Shown here: piece after piece, positions 39,530 to 50,174 of the stretch
Layout: the number at the start of each line of letters is the position of its first letter
Numbering within the stretch: position 1 is the stretch's first letter
Assembly (NCBI GenBank): GCA_000002435.2
Contig: CM018793.1
Reading direction: 5' to 3' (one strand)
Length of the DNA: 64,000 nt
DNA from: Giardia intestinalis
Taxonomy: Eukaryota
Program-made: the position numbers and the translations under genes
The notes under the pieces: model-generated
What the model was told of the DNA's origin: nothing
The model's input: the letters and a program-made list of their open reading frames with translations, nothing else
Database searches by the model: none

Positions 39530-41146
39530 ATGACTTCGCCATCTTTTCAGGAGCGCTCAAACGAGCTTGATGCTGCTTATTCAGCGCTCACAGAAGCTTC
39601 CTTTGATGAATACAAGGCCAAAACAGTCCAGTTTCTGGATAGCTACCCCTACTGTTATGAGTATTGGAAGAAGCTTGCAAGTGCAGCTCTCCAGTATCGT
39701 AACATGGAGGAGGCCTTGCTGATATACCAGCAAGCCATAGATACCATTCCGTATTGCTGGCAGCTTTGGGCTGGATATATAGGCTTTGCCAAGCAATGTG
39801 GTGCCACCCCTGCCTACTCGCACGCGTTTACTCCAGAGGTTATTATTCAGCTCTATCGCTTAGCTCTTGATGAGTACGTTGGAGAGATATACATGTCCAC
39901 AACCCTTTGGAAAGATTATCTCCAATTTTCTGTCGACCAGGTACTGGCAAGCAACGAACTCGATCAGGAGGCTGTTACTACTATTCTGAACACTTATATG
40001 TACATATTCACCGGGGCTGCTAAGTCCGATTCGTCTGCACTAGGCGTTATATTGAGAACCTCCGCCATAACTCTCTTAAATCTATATGAAAAACACCTCA
40101 ATCTTGTAATAAATAAGTTTCCCTCTGTCGGGGATTTTGGCCAGCTGCTATCCAAGGCCAAAGGTGCTTTTAGAGAATGCTACGACACAGATGCAGCTGT
40201 ACAACGGTTGTCCCTGTATGCGTGCATTGATAAGCGATCGTTTTATCACCACAGCCCATTCAAGCCAGAGCTGCTGGGTCGCTTTCGAGCACTTTACAGA
40301 GTACTCGTAGACGACTTGGCTACACCAGACAGAAGCAGTTGGACATCTGCAGAAGTCCAATCCGTCCTCTGTATATGTTGTGACTACGTTGACTTCTGGG
40401 TACTTTATATTAGAGCTCTTGTCCACAGCCAAGCGTATGAAGAGGCGCTTAATGTCTGCAACACTGCATTGTCCAGGTGCCACACTGGGTCCTCTGGCGC
40501 TATCTTATCGGCACTTCACATTGAGAAACTTCAAATCTTGGAATTGCAGAAGGATATGCCGGCATTAGATGATCTTGTCGTGTGCCTGTCAAATGACTTT
40601 TCAGGAGACCCCCTCGTTGTCTTAGCCCTGGCAAAGCACTGTTATAGGCAACAAAATTATGATAAGTGCATTGATATCATCTGCCAGTATGTTAATAGTA
40701 ATGCTAATTGTGGTGAATCCGTCACTGTATTGCGATCAATTTGCCGGCTCTTAAGCGCCTCGTTCTTTGCTAATCTCGATAAAAAGGACCCAGATAAAGT
40801 GATGGAGCAGACATTATCTAAGTTAGACAGTATCTATGCAAATATATTGAAGACGTCTTCTCTCCCCAGGGATGGAGTCAAGATGTTGGCTGTGGAGCGG
40901 ATGATCTCGGCACAGACAGCACGTGAAGTAGGATATCCATGTTATTTCACCCGCGTAAGGGATATTATTTACCGCGATTACTCAGAAGATCCCGATATCC
41001 TCGAAGCAGCTCTTTATACTCATATGCAGTGGCTGCAACTCCACGGCCAACTAACCGAAATTATTGAAGCAGAGGCACTTTTGCTTAGAGCTGTTCCTAG
41101 CCATCTATATTCTTATGTAGATGTCGTAGCCAAGAGCGCATCTTGA
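39530..41146 (+). CDS. HAT (half-a-TPR) repeat pre-mRNA processing factor, Prp39-like, 538 aa
   Basis: 'FLDSYPYCYEYWKKLASAALQ' and 'AIDTIPYCWQLWAGYIGFAKQ' closely parallel PRPF39 '[20 protein letters not shown]' and 'AIPLSVDLWIHYINFLKE'. Recurring 'LW..Y..F' HAT motifs throughout ('TLWKDYLQF', 'DFWVLYIRAL'). Confidence 0.65.
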   Translation: MTSPSFQERSNELDAAYSALTEASFDEYKAKTVQFLDSYPYCYEYWKKLASAALQYRNMEEALLIYQQAIDTIPYCWQLWAGYIGFAKQCGATPAYSHAFTPEVIIQLYRLALDEYVGEIYMSTTLWKDYLQFSVDQVLASNELDQEAVTTILNTYMYIFTGAAKSDSSALGVILRTSAITLLNLYEKHLNLVINKFPSVGDFGQLLSKAKGAFRECYDTDAAVQRLSLYACIDKRSFYHHSPFKPELLGRFRALYRVLVDDLATPDRSSWTSAEVQSVLCICCDYVDFWVLYIRALVHSQAYEEALNVCNTALSRCHTGSSGAILSALHIEKLQILELQKDMPALDDLVVCLSNDFSGDPLVVLALAKHCYRQQNYDKCIDIICQYVNSNANCGESVTVLRSICRLLSASFFANLDKKDPDKVMEQTLSKLDSIYANILKTSSLPRDGVKMLAVERMISAQTAREVGYPCYFTRVRDIIYRDYSEDPDILEAALYTHMQWLQLHGQLTEIIEAEALLLRAVPSHLYSYVDVVAKSAS

Positions 41147-41179
41147 GGTCTCTGTAAAAAGTAAATTCTAAAAGCCAAC

Positions 41180-44100
41180 ATGGCGTCCCACTGTTTGAAT
41201 ATGAAGGCAGCCTTCGGGTTTAATAAGGATCTCATGGGTGGCGTGCATTCTCTGTTTGATGAGACTCGAGAAGCCATTCTTTTTCCCTCCTCTCACACAC
41301 TTGTTTACCATGACTGCAGAAACGGATCCCAGCGCTTTCTTCAAGGCCACTCTAATATGATCTCTGCTGTGTGCGTCTCCAATGATAAACGGTGGATTGT
41401 TTCGGCCGATTTTGGGGGAAAGGATACGATGATCATAGTCTGGGAGTCTAAGACCCTTCTCCCCGTTCGGACAATAGTGGATCAAGTTCCTGGAGGTGTA
41501 ATCCGGATGGATCTTTCCGATGACGGCGCTCTTCTCGCAGTTTTGTCCGGTGCCACTCCAAATGCCGCCAAAGTTATGAGCCAATCTCTCTTTCTCTTTG
41601 AGTGGTCCAACCCAGATGAGCGCCCTGTAGTTTCGGTAGAAATTCCTCCTCAGCTAGGGTTTCAGCGAGATGTGCGGTTTAATCCTTGTGATTACCGTGA
41701 AATAGTCACTAACTCTGCTTATCGGACTGTGTTCTGGTTGTGGGAAGAGCAGCTTGTTGACAAGGACTTGATCAACGTGCTGAGCTACCACTCACCAGAC
41801 ATTCACGTAGGAGACTTCAAGGCTTTACCTTCTGTGTTCACTGTAAGTTGCTTTCTACCCGGCACAACAGCAGCACTCACAGGCACTGTTGCTGGAGAGG
41901 TGGTTCTCTACGATGTCAACGGAAGAGCATTTTCAGACGGGTTAACCGGGAATGCGCCAGTGCGTCGCGTGCCCATTAAGCTCTTAACACTCCATGCCAG
42001 CTCTGGAAATGTTCAGGCGATAGCTGCTAACGATGAGATCATGGAAAAAGACGAGACTGTCATAGCAGAAAGTTACACAGCATCGGGGGAGTTTGGAACT
42101 ACTCCGTTCTTGGTTCCTGGGCAGCCGTTCTTTCAGGCGCTAGTGAGCAACAACAAAATGAATCAGCGCGCTGCCTTTTACAAATACTTAACAGCGGCTC
42201 AGCAAGCTGCAGGTCAGATGACCACTTCTCCAACCGCAGCCTTTGCTCAGGCCATCACTTTTATCTGTGCTCGCTCAGATGGATTTATAATCACAGGAGG
42301 CCTTGATGGGTGTGTACGGATGTTTGACTTTCGTTTGCGCCTTCTATCGTGGTATGAAAATCTTGCATGCGGACCAATCACATCTGTCTCCATTGCAATG
42401 CCCCAGCATTCATCAAATAAGGATGGCTTCCAAGGAGGAGATGCCGACATAAGCATTTCTGCAGTGGCTCTCTTGCCTGGCGCAACACCACGGGAATATG
42501 CCAGTAAGTCTGAAGCGCTCCACGCCAAGTTTGGTAGCGTCGTTTTAAGAGACTTTATTGTTGGAACTAGTAGAGGCTCTATTGTACTGGTTCCAGCTGC
42601 TCTCTTCGAGTTTGTCGAGCCTAGCAAACGACGAGGGACATTACTCTACCAAGGCATACCACATGCTACATCGTGCACCTATACGCCTCGAGACACGCGA
42701 GATCTCCCCATAAGGCTTAACTACAATCTGAAAACTCAGGCATCGTTGCCTCTTTCATGGGTGGCGACGATGAGGGGAGACATGTTGCTATTTGACTTTA
42801 CTAGCAATAAGATCCTTCGGTCCATTTCGCTGGCTGGTCACATCGCAGCGACAGAATCTGGCAGCAAACGCTTGTCGGGGACTCTTGCCCAACGCCACGC
42901 AGAGGGCTATGAGCAGGCGTGCTACTTAGTTCCTGAACACCCTCTGGCGCCTCTCAAGACGCAGTCGTATGCACATATCACAGCACTTTCTCTCTTCTGT
43001 CCTGCAGACGCTAGCAGACCCGTGCTACTTGCTGGGACTTCGGTAGGTAGCTGTTTGTTGATGGATCCGTTCACTCTCCAGGTATTAAGCACGTTTCGGC
43101 ATCTCAGCCGGACAAAGACCATACCGCTCTTGTGCCCATTCTTGAAAAGGAAGTCTATCTCGATTCCTGCCCAAATAACCTACGTAAAGTTTTCAAGAGA
43201 AGGCGACATAATCGCTGTACTAGATGAAACGTCCTTCCTTACGCTCCTGACAAAGTCAATATCAGATGAACCGGCAAAAGATCTAACGACAGGAAGAATC
43301 ACAACCGCCAATGACGCCACTGAAAAAGCATTTAATTATAGCACATACTCAGACATATTCCTTACGTCCCTTGTAACACCACTTCAGGCGCCCCCAGTGT
43401 TCATCACAGATGCAGACGATGCTAAGCAGTCAGAGCAAAGTAAAGAGAATGAAACAAGGACTGCCTCTGGTGTCCGGTTGCAACCTGCAGCTCTCTTGGC
43501 CCGTGCTTCTCAAAAGAAGCGGGCAGATGCATCCACAACTGGTCAGTGGACTTCCCTAGGAAGGTTAGTCATTACCAATAACGCCATTCTACGTGCAGTG
43601 ATCTATTGCGACTTTTTACCGACTAAACTAGTTGAGGGAGGACGCGACCCTTTGGTTTTGCTGAGCAAGGATCGCTTCTTTACCATTATAGACATAGACA
43701 AAACCCTTGTGAGTCATGATCTGATTGTTGTTCACTGTAGATTCAGAGCAGAGCAGAGCGCCACACCGACCGCCGTTTGCTTCCTTCCACGGCCGCCATA
43801 CTATGTATCCACATTGACAGAAGAGGAAAGGAACGCAGAGATTGATAAGTTGAATTCTGAGCAAAACGTTCTAAGCAGAAGCCTTAAGGAGGCGTTGTTC
43901 AGCTTACAATCTGAGGACAGCGGGGCTCTCTGTGCTAAATATAGACCGGACTTGCAGCCTATTGAGCAGCGAAATCTACTCCTCATAGCAAACAGTCATT
44001 ATAAGTTTCGTCTTCGAGAAATAGAGGCTCTTCCTGGAGCCTTAGAGCTATCGAATCGAACCGTTTTCCCCGCGTCTCTGTTGACCACGGCACCACAGTT

Positions 44101-45526
44101 GTGCGCATATTTTACGGGTGGGTACACTCCGCAAGGACAGCTACCCAATTCTGCCATACTGCAGGGTCCGCAATATTGTGTCAATCCCAACCTTGCAGGG
44201 CCCTATCCGCTGCGCCGCACTGTTCTGGCACCGACATATGGTCTTCCGATCAATATTCTTAGACACATCTCGGCCTACATGAGCGACTCACGACATGACC
44301 TCTCCAGCTGCACACCAATTCTGCAGACAACTAGCACGGAAGAGAGGTATAGATACCGAACACGTTATGAGACCTTGAACTCTGCTGGTGCAATCCGTCA
44401 CATTGCGCAGTACATAGCGTTTGCCACACCTCGCAAGGTCATCGGGCTCATGCGTACTCCTCTTGATGGAGCATCACACAGGTACATGGGTCTGATTGGC
44501 CATGCAGGAGAGGTATTGAGTCTCGACGTGTGCTTCTGCTTTAGTCCCGGCTTGGACGCGGGGAATACCTTCTTAGTGAGTGCAGGGTCTACCGACTTTG
44601 CCCTGTTCCTATGGGGGGTTGACTATCCTACTTTTGACCTAATGATAGATAGTACGGTGACCGTGTCATCGACTGGGCAGCAAAGTGGGCCGATTACTGG
44701 CCCAACTGCCACCGACTTCGCCTCATTCGATCCTTTCACAGCGCAGCTAGAGGGCGGCCCAACTGGCCAATTCTACGCAGAAATTCAGGACTACTTTAGC
44801 TATGCACAGATCAACGATTCAGAAGAAAAAGGCATCACTCCCAAAGAAGACGCTCGTGCTCCTGTGAGCATGCTCGACGAAATACTACGGGCTCTGGGCG
44901 TCTTCATATCCAACTCGGCAATGGTGGATGCCAAGGGGGAGATCATCGAGGAAGCTATTCGTGCCGCCCGTCTGCGGTTCTTCCTCTCTCGGTTACGTGC
45001 TGCACTGAAAGAAGGCAAGCCCCCAATTTTGGTTGAAGCCACGGCATTCGGCTATAACCCTCTAGAAGACTCTAACCAGGAGACCAGAGTCATGAGCGAG
45101 ATGAGTCTATATGAGCAAAGCGAGTCCGGTCTGTGGGAGCTTGTTGGCGCCGATGACGTGACCCTGTCCTTACAAGAGTTCGTTAGGATCCTGGTCAATC
45201 ACCGTCCGGTTTTGCCATATAAAATGGAGGACATCGTCCGTGCATTCACTGTCTTTGGGGCAGATGAAGCTGTTGGTGTCCTAGACAAGGCAACATTGAT
45301 TAACGCTCTCGTAAACAACGGAGAGAGCTTTTCAGGTGGTGAGCTGATGGATGCATTGAGTATTCTTGCCGGGGGAGGCACATCCAGCGATACTTTGATG
45401 GGCGCTGGGGGGCTGCTGCCCGATCAGGTCTCTGTCATCGACTTTGCCAACACTATTCTAGGCTTCGAGACTGACCAGCAATCTGAAGGGAGGTCGATGG
45501 TACAGGAAGTCGAGGGGGGCGACTAG
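41180..45526 (+). CDS. WD40-repeat protein with C-terminal EF-hand pair, 1448 aa; candidate CFAP251/WDR66-like axonemal protein
   Basis: N-terminal beta-propeller ('...GGVHSLFD...VYHDCRNGSQRFLQGHSNMISAVCVSNDKRWIVSAD...MIIVWES'). The C-terminal 'MEDIVRAFTVFGADEAVGVLDKATLINALVNNGESFSGGELMDALSIL' looks like a calmodulin-type EF-hand pair. WD40 plus a C-terminal EF-hand is the CFAP251/WDR66 architecture. The specific orthology is an inference. Confidence 0.6.
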   Translation: MASHCLNMKAAFGFNKDLMGGVHSLFDETREAILFPSSHTLVYHDCRNGSQRFLQGHSNMISAVCVSNDKRWIVSADFGGKDTMIIVWESKTLLPVRTIVDQVPGGVIRMDLSDDGALLAVLSGATPNAAKVMSQSLFLFEWSNPDERPVVSVEIPPQLGFQRDVRFNPCDYREIVTNSAYRTVFWLWEEQLVDKDLINVLSYHSPDIHVGDFKALPSVFTVSCFLPGTTAALTGTVAGEVVLYDVNGRAFSDGLTGNAPVRRVPIKLLTLHASSGNVQAIAANDEIMEKDETVIAESYTASGEFGTTPFLVPGQPFFQALVSNNKMNQRAAFYKYLTAAQQAAGQMTTSPTAAFAQAITFICARSDGFIITGGLDGCVRMFDFRLRLLSWYENLACGPITSVSIAMPQHSSNKDGFQGGDADISISAVALLPGATPREYASKSEALHAKFGSVVLRDFIVGTSRGSIVLVPAALFEFVEPSKRRGTLLYQGIPHATSCTYTPRDTRDLPIRLNYNLKTQASLPLSWVATMRGDMLLFDFTSNKILRSISLAGHIAATESGSKRLSGTLAQRHAEGYEQACYLVPEHPLAPLKTQSYAHITALSLFCPADASRPVLLAGTSVGSCLLMDPFTLQVLSTFRHLSRTKTIPLLCPFLKRKSISIPAQITYVKFSREGDIIAVLDETSFLTLLTKSISDEPAKDLTTGRITTANDATEKAFNYSTYSDIFLTSLVTPLQAPPVFITDADDAKQSEQSKENETRTASGVRLQPAALLARASQKKRADASTTGQWTSLGRLVITNNAILRAVIYCDFLPTKLVEGGRDPLVLLSKDRFFTIIDIDKTLVSHDLIVVHCRFRAEQSATPTAVCFLPRPPYYVSTLTEEERNAEIDKLNSEQNVLSRSLKEALFSLQSEDSGALCAKYRPDLQPIEQRNLLLIANSHYKFRLREIEALPGALELSNRTVFPASLLTTAPQLCAYFTGGYTPQGQLPNSAILQGPQYCVNPNLAGPYPLRRTVLAPTYGLPINILRHISAYMSDSRHDLSSCTPILQTTSTEERYRYRTRYETLNSAGAIRHIAQYIAFATPRKVIGLMRTPLDGASHRYMGLIGHAGEVLSLDVCFCFSPGLDAGNTFLVSAGSTDFALFLWGVDYPTFDLMIDSTVTVSSTGQQSGPITGPTATDFASFDPFTAQLEGGPTGQFYAEIQDYFSYAQINDSEEKGITPKEDARAPVSMLDEILRALGVFISNSAMVDAKGEIIEEAIRAARLRFFLSRLRAALKEGKPPILVEATAFGYNPLEDSNQETRVMSEMSLYEQSESGLWELVGADDVTLSLQEFVRILVNHRPVLPYKMEDIVRAFTVFGADEAVGVLDKATLINALVNNGESFSGGELMDALSILAGGGTSSDTLMGAGGLLPDQVSVIDFANTILGFETDQQSEGRSMVQEVEGGD

Positions 45527-45586
45527 GGCTAGTGAGATTGCACCAAGACACACAGCAAGAGTAAGATGTAAAATAAATGACTAAAA

Positions 45587-48500
45587 ATGTCTGCTTTACA
45601 CAAAGATACTAGAAGGATAGGCCCCAAGAGGACTCTTAGCAGGGATTCTATTACAGGAGAGGCAGTTTTACTGGTTGAGCTGCCTATTTTGGAGCATGAT
45701 ACCAGCGATTCATCGGATTTACTACGACACATTCAGTTTTTACGGTATTCGAGGTCTAGATACATCCTAGACGTCAAAGCCATTACTTATCAGTCGGATA
45801 GCATACTCATTGTCATGGAATGCCCAAGAGGCGGGTCGTTACGGGCACATTTCGATGAATCCATAGCAATTTTACGAGAATATGAGGAACATGAGCTGTG
45901 GCGACTTCTGACGCAACTAAGCGAGATAGTTATGCATATAGGATTTTTATATACGTCCAATGCTATGCACATAGACCCAATTATTACTCCAGACACTTTA
46001 TTCTATGATTCCTACGGAAACCTGCAATTAGATCTAGTCTATTCGTTAGAATATTTAATTAGAATTACTGGTAGATTCGAGCCATCGCCCCAGGACCAGA
46101 ATGTTCAACGCTACAGGGACAAGGTAGCGACTGTGAACTGCGATGTATCTGAGACCTGCATAGCGTATTCTGTTGGGGCCATCCTTTACGAAGCTATTCT
46201 TCTTGGACTGGCTTCTTCTGTCCCAGCATCTACTTGGCCGTGTTATGTACAGTTTCAAGCCAATTCAAGGTTTGTCAATTCGATATCACACAGCTCGGCG
46301 CACGCAAAAGTCCTCCTAGAGTACGAACAATGGCGTAAGTTCTTTTCTCTGTATGGGCTTTGCAAAGAAAGCTATCGCATATGTTTGACAAGAACACCCT
46401 ATTTTATGAAGGTCCTGGAGTGCTTGAAGGGGTTGAGCAACACTTTCACATTGCTCGGAACATGCGTTGATCGTGTTGGAATCTTCAAGCCAGTTCTTCA
46501 GGATATTATTCCACGAGATTTAGGTCTGCTGCTGTCTCCTCACTATCCACCCGTTCTCCCTATAGATTGGCTGGAGGATAGAGGCACGTCCCTATGCATA
46601 GAATTACTTATAGATGAATTGGTGGAGCAACTTAGCAGTATGCTATTGACACCATGGATAGAAAGGGAGCGGCCGATAATATACACCGAGTTACGCGCCA
46701 AATACTCTCAGAGCCTGCTAGCCTTACTTGAGGGGATGTTATCTAATACTCCCGAAAAGCGTACTACGGTTGCCACTGCTGTTACACACCCCCTAGTGCA
46801 GACATCGTATCACGTTGACACCCCGCTGATGTTAGCAGCAAAGCATGGAAATGTCGGAGCGCTTACGAGCCATCTGCGGGAATATGTACGGCGAAACGAT
46901 GGGACTAACAACACTGCCCTGATTCATGCTGTATTATCCAGGCAATACGAGGCAGCTCTCCTCCTTGCTCCCCATGAGGCCGGCGCCGTCAATGCTGACG
47001 GGAAGAATGCATCATACTATCTTCTTGACGCTTGTACCAGTGCAGACTCTGCTCTTTCTGAAACTGAGCAAGAGATACTTCGCAGGCTGACTCCTATTCT
47101 TGCTACTCATGAGTCTCAATGGATATTTGCAGAGAAGAAAACTCTCCTAATGCTAGCTGCTTCTGCCAACAACATGACGTTTGTAGAGCATTTTGCTGCC
47201 AGCGAGTCTGCAATGACGGACTCTAGCTCCATGTGCAGTGCGGAGTATGCATTGCAATCGCGTGCTAAGGATGCCTTTATTCGGCTAGTGAAAAAGGAAC
47301 ATAACTTACTGATATCTGCAGGGTATACACCCCTCATGTTAGCTGCAGCTAGTAATGATGTCTTACAGCTCAAGAGTGAGCTTGAAGCAAGTAGTGCTTC
47401 CATTGGAAAGTATTCTCCACAAGGGTACACAGCATTGATGATAGCAGTTATCATGCAAGCAAGCCAGGCCGTGGAGATTCTTATCGCTCATGAAGCACGA
47501 ATACAATCAACCCCCTCTCGACAGACGGCTCTAATGCTAGCGGTTACATCTTCATTGGAAGATATCGCGCTTTTGCTTACTGAGAGAGAAGGAGGGCTCA
47601 AGACGTTTACTGGCAAGACTGCGCTAATGTATGCAGCCGAGCGTAATATGATTAGGCTTGTTGACACACTTGTTGATGTAGAGGCAGGGCTTAAGGACCT
47701 GCAGCTAAATACTGCACTGATGCTAGCTGCTATCTCCAATAGTTCAGAGGCCGCGGCTCTTTTATTACCCAAAGAGGCGTGTCTCCTCAATAGAGAAGGG
47801 CTAACAGCGCTTATGTTAGCTGCCCAACGAAACAATATAGAGGCTCTACGCGTCATTTTACCGTACGAGTCCAGTATAAAGTCACCAGCAGGAGGAGCTA
47901 CTGCATTGATTCACTCTGTATATTGCGGTAACGCTGAGGCTGTGAAGGTCCTAGCGCGTGCTGAGCCTGGATTTAGAAATCAGAGTAATGAGACAGGCCT
48001 GGAGATTGCTCGCAGGCAGAGGAGACGGGACCTTGTTTCGATTTTAGAAGAACATGAAACATTCAATCGACATGAGGATGGGCTTACGCCGCTTATGGTA
48101 GATGCAATTAGAAACGACGTCTCGTCTGTCAAGAGACACATCAAAGCATATGAGGAGAGCTTAAAAGCAGCACCTGCAACCGGCGTGTCTTCGCAAATAG
48201 GACTGCGGGATAACTACGGAAAAACGGCACTCATTCATGCCGTTGAGAACTCTTCCATGGAGGTCGTCGCACTTCTGGTAGACTATGAATTGGGGTTTCG
48301 GGACCACTCGGGCTACTGCGCCATTTACTATTCCCTCTTTGCCGAACAACAACTGGACGATGAGCTATTTTGTAGGCTATTTGACGTCGAAAAGGGTATT
48401 CTGGAGGACGCTGGCTTCACTCCTCTGATGATGTCTGTACTTATGCGCAACACCACAGTTGCTCTTTTGCAAATAGAACACTACGCTACGATAAGTACCA

Positions 48501-49111
48501 AGGATGGATATACAGCTCTTATGCTGGCAGCAATCTTGGGTAACGTGGATATGGTGGAGCTCTTATGCCCGCTAGAGTCAGGGTGCCAAACGAACACTGG
48601 ATACACTGCACTAATGTTTGCAGTAGAGAGGAATGACCTGGAGACAGTGCTAATCCTCGTTGAGAGTGGAAAAGAGCTCGGGTTGCAGGAAAAGACTGGG
48701 TGGACGGCATTGATGATGGCAGCCAAGAACGGCTACTTGAAACTGGCAGCGCTGTTGGCCCCTCATGAACATGGTTATCATGATGCAATGGGCTGTACTG
48801 CTCTGCTTCGAGCCGTCCAAGGCAACCATTTCAGTGTCGTACAGGTCCTAGCAGACTATGAAGAGGGTTTGACTACCACAGATTGCTACCCCAGGGGATG
48901 TGGTTGGACACCTCTTTTCGAGGCAGTGTACAACGGCTACCCTAATTGCGTGGCATTTCTCATTGAGAGAGAGGTTGAAGTGCTGAACCATTCTGCCCAC
49001 GATCTTCTCATGTGTGCACAAAACCAGCGCTCTAATGTCCCGCTAGAGAGAAGACTTCTGTGCAAGTCTATTATACATGAATTTATCAACCAAAGAAGTA
49101 CAAGAATCTAA
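45587..49111 (+). CDS. NEK-like degenerate protein kinase (probable pseudokinase) fused to a long ankyrin-repeat array, 1174 aa
   Basis: ATG at 45587 ('ctaaaaATGtct'). The N-terminal ~300 aa have a kinase-like fold signature ('ILIVMECPRGGSL', 'MHIDPIITPDTLFYDSYGNLQLDLVYS'), but the catalytic HRD and DFG motifs are replaced. Fifteen or more ankyrin units follow ('GYTPLMLAAASND', 'GKTALMYAAERNMIRLVDTLV', 'GWTALMMAAKNGYLKLAALL'). Confidence 0.78.
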   Translation: MSALHKDTRRIGPKRTLSRDSITGEAVLLVELPILEHDTSDSSDLLRHIQFLRYSRSRYILDVKAITYQSDSILIVMECPRGGSLRAHFDESIAILREYEEHELWRLLTQLSEIVMHIGFLYTSNAMHIDPIITPDTLFYDSYGNLQLDLVYSLEYLIRITGRFEPSPQDQNVQRYRDKVATVNCDVSETCIAYSVGAILYEAILLGLASSVPASTWPCYVQFQANSRFVNSISHSSAHAKVLLEYEQWRKFFSLYGLCKESYRICLTRTPYFMKVLECLKGLSNTFTLLGTCVDRVGIFKPVLQDIIPRDLGLLLSPHYPPVLPIDWLEDRGTSLCIELLIDELVEQLSSMLLTPWIERERPIIYTELRAKYSQSLLALLEGMLSNTPEKRTTVATAVTHPLVQTSYHVDTPLMLAAKHGNVGALTSHLREYVRRNDGTNNTALIHAVLSRQYEAALLLAPHEAGAVNADGKNASYYLLDACTSADSALSETEQEILRRLTPILATHESQWIFAEKKTLLMLAASANNMTFVEHFAASESAMTDSSSMCSAEYALQSRAKDAFIRLVKKEHNLLISAGYTPLMLAAASNDVLQLKSELEASSASIGKYSPQGYTALMIAVIMQASQAVEILIAHEARIQSTPSRQTALMLAVTSSLEDIALLLTEREGGLKTFTGKTALMYAAERNMIRLVDTLVDVEAGLKDLQLNTALMLAAISNSSEAAALLLPKEACLLNREGLTALMLAAQRNNIEALRVILPYESSIKSPAGGATALIHSVYCGNAEAVKVLARAEPGFRNQSNETGLEIARRQRRRDLVSILEEHETFNRHEDGLTPLMVDAIRNDVSSVKRHIKAYEESLKAAPATGVSSQIGLRDNYGKTALIHAVENSSMEVVALLVDYELGFRDHSGYCAIYYSLFAEQQLDDELFCRLFDVEKGILEDAGFTPLMMSVLMRNTTVALLQIEHYATISTKDGYTALMLAAILGNVDMVELLCPLESGCQTNTGYTALMFAVERNDLETVLILVESGKELGLQEKTGWTALMMAAKNGYLKLAALLAPHEHGYHDAMGCTALLRAVQGNHFSVVQVLADYEEGLTTTDCYPRGCGWTPLFEAVYNGYPNCVAFLIEREVEVLNHSAHDLLMCAQNQRSNVPLERRLLCKSIIHEFINQRSTRI

Positions 49112-49148
49112 TCTGGTTTAGAGGCAAGAAAGTAAATGTGAATTAAAA

Positions 49149-49970
49149 ATGGCAGACGATCCTTGTAAAGTATATGTGGGTGGAGTCCCCACAAACGTAA
49201 CCGAAGCGGAAATAGAGGACAACTTCAAGAAGTTCGGCAGAGTTACAGACGTGGTCGACACCAAAAAGGGTTTCTTTTTCGTCACGTTTAACAGCCCTGA
49301 TGCCGCAAAGCTTGCCCTTATGGGGGATGTCACATTTGATGGTCGCAGATGCAAGGTAGAGATTGCAAGACCTAAGAAGCCAGAGTATACAGATAGGGAC
49401 AAGTTTTCTCGCCCGGAAAGAGTTCCATTCAAAAGAGATTATCCCGATCGTCGCCCGTTCTCTTCTCGCGAACAAGGAGATCCTTATCGCCCTATGCGTG
49501 ACGAGCATTACTCCCGTCCGGGGCCCAGAGATGTCCGCCCACAAAGGTCCGCTGAATACGATTACCCTCAGTGCTCCTTCAATTTTGCTGTACGGAACCT
49601 CCCTCCGTCGCTTTTGGCTATCTCTCCATTCAAGCAGTTCGTTCTCGACAACTATGGAGCCACGGATTACACCATAGTGTCGTCCGAGGTCGACGTCGGA
49701 TATTTTGGCTCCAACTCGAAGGAAACAGAGGACAGGGTCAATGAGAAGAGCTCAATTAACTATGATGGGTGCAGATTAGTGATAGAGCCGTACAAGCGTG
49801 GGCCCGGAAGGATTGCGCATCGACAGGCTAGGTCGGATCACTTTAGTCGTCCACAATGGGTAGGAAAATCAACCGAAGATGAGTACGATTTTCCAATAAA
49901 CGTTCAAGAGTCTAGATCGAACGACAACGACTATGCTTACAACCCTTCTGCGGAGCAGATGCAGGAATGA
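49149..49970 (+). CDS. RRM-domain RNA-binding protein, 273 aa
   Basis: ATG at 49149 ('attaaaaATGgca'). RNP-2 'KVYVGGV', RNP-1 'KGFFFVTF'. The C-terminal half is R/D/Y/P-rich low complexity. Confidence 0.8.
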   Translation: MADDPCKVYVGGVPTNVTEAEIEDNFKKFGRVTDVVDTKKGFFFVTFNSPDAAKLALMGDVTFDGRRCKVEIARPKKPEYTDRDKFSRPERVPFKRDYPDRRPFSSREQGDPYRPMRDEHYSRPGPRDVRPQRSAEYDYPQCSFNFAVRNLPPSLLAISPFKQFVLDNYGATDYTIVSSEVDVGYFGSNSKETEDRVNEKSSINYDGCRLVIEPYKRGPGRIAHRQARSDHFSRPQWVGKSTEDEYDFPINVQESRSNDNDYAYNPSAEQMQE

Positions 49971-50174
49971 GATCAAAGACCTTCAACTTCCAACCTTTAA
50001 TACTCGGACATCAGGGGATGGTATGTGAACCTTCTAATTCTTCTTGTATTGGCCGCCATAGTACAAGGCGAGGCAGCGAGGAGCATCAGCACCTCTTTAT
50101 TTAGCAACCTTAGCAACAAGAAGTGACCACGTTAATTTAGATAGTGTGGGGTTATGCGGCGACAGACCATAGTT

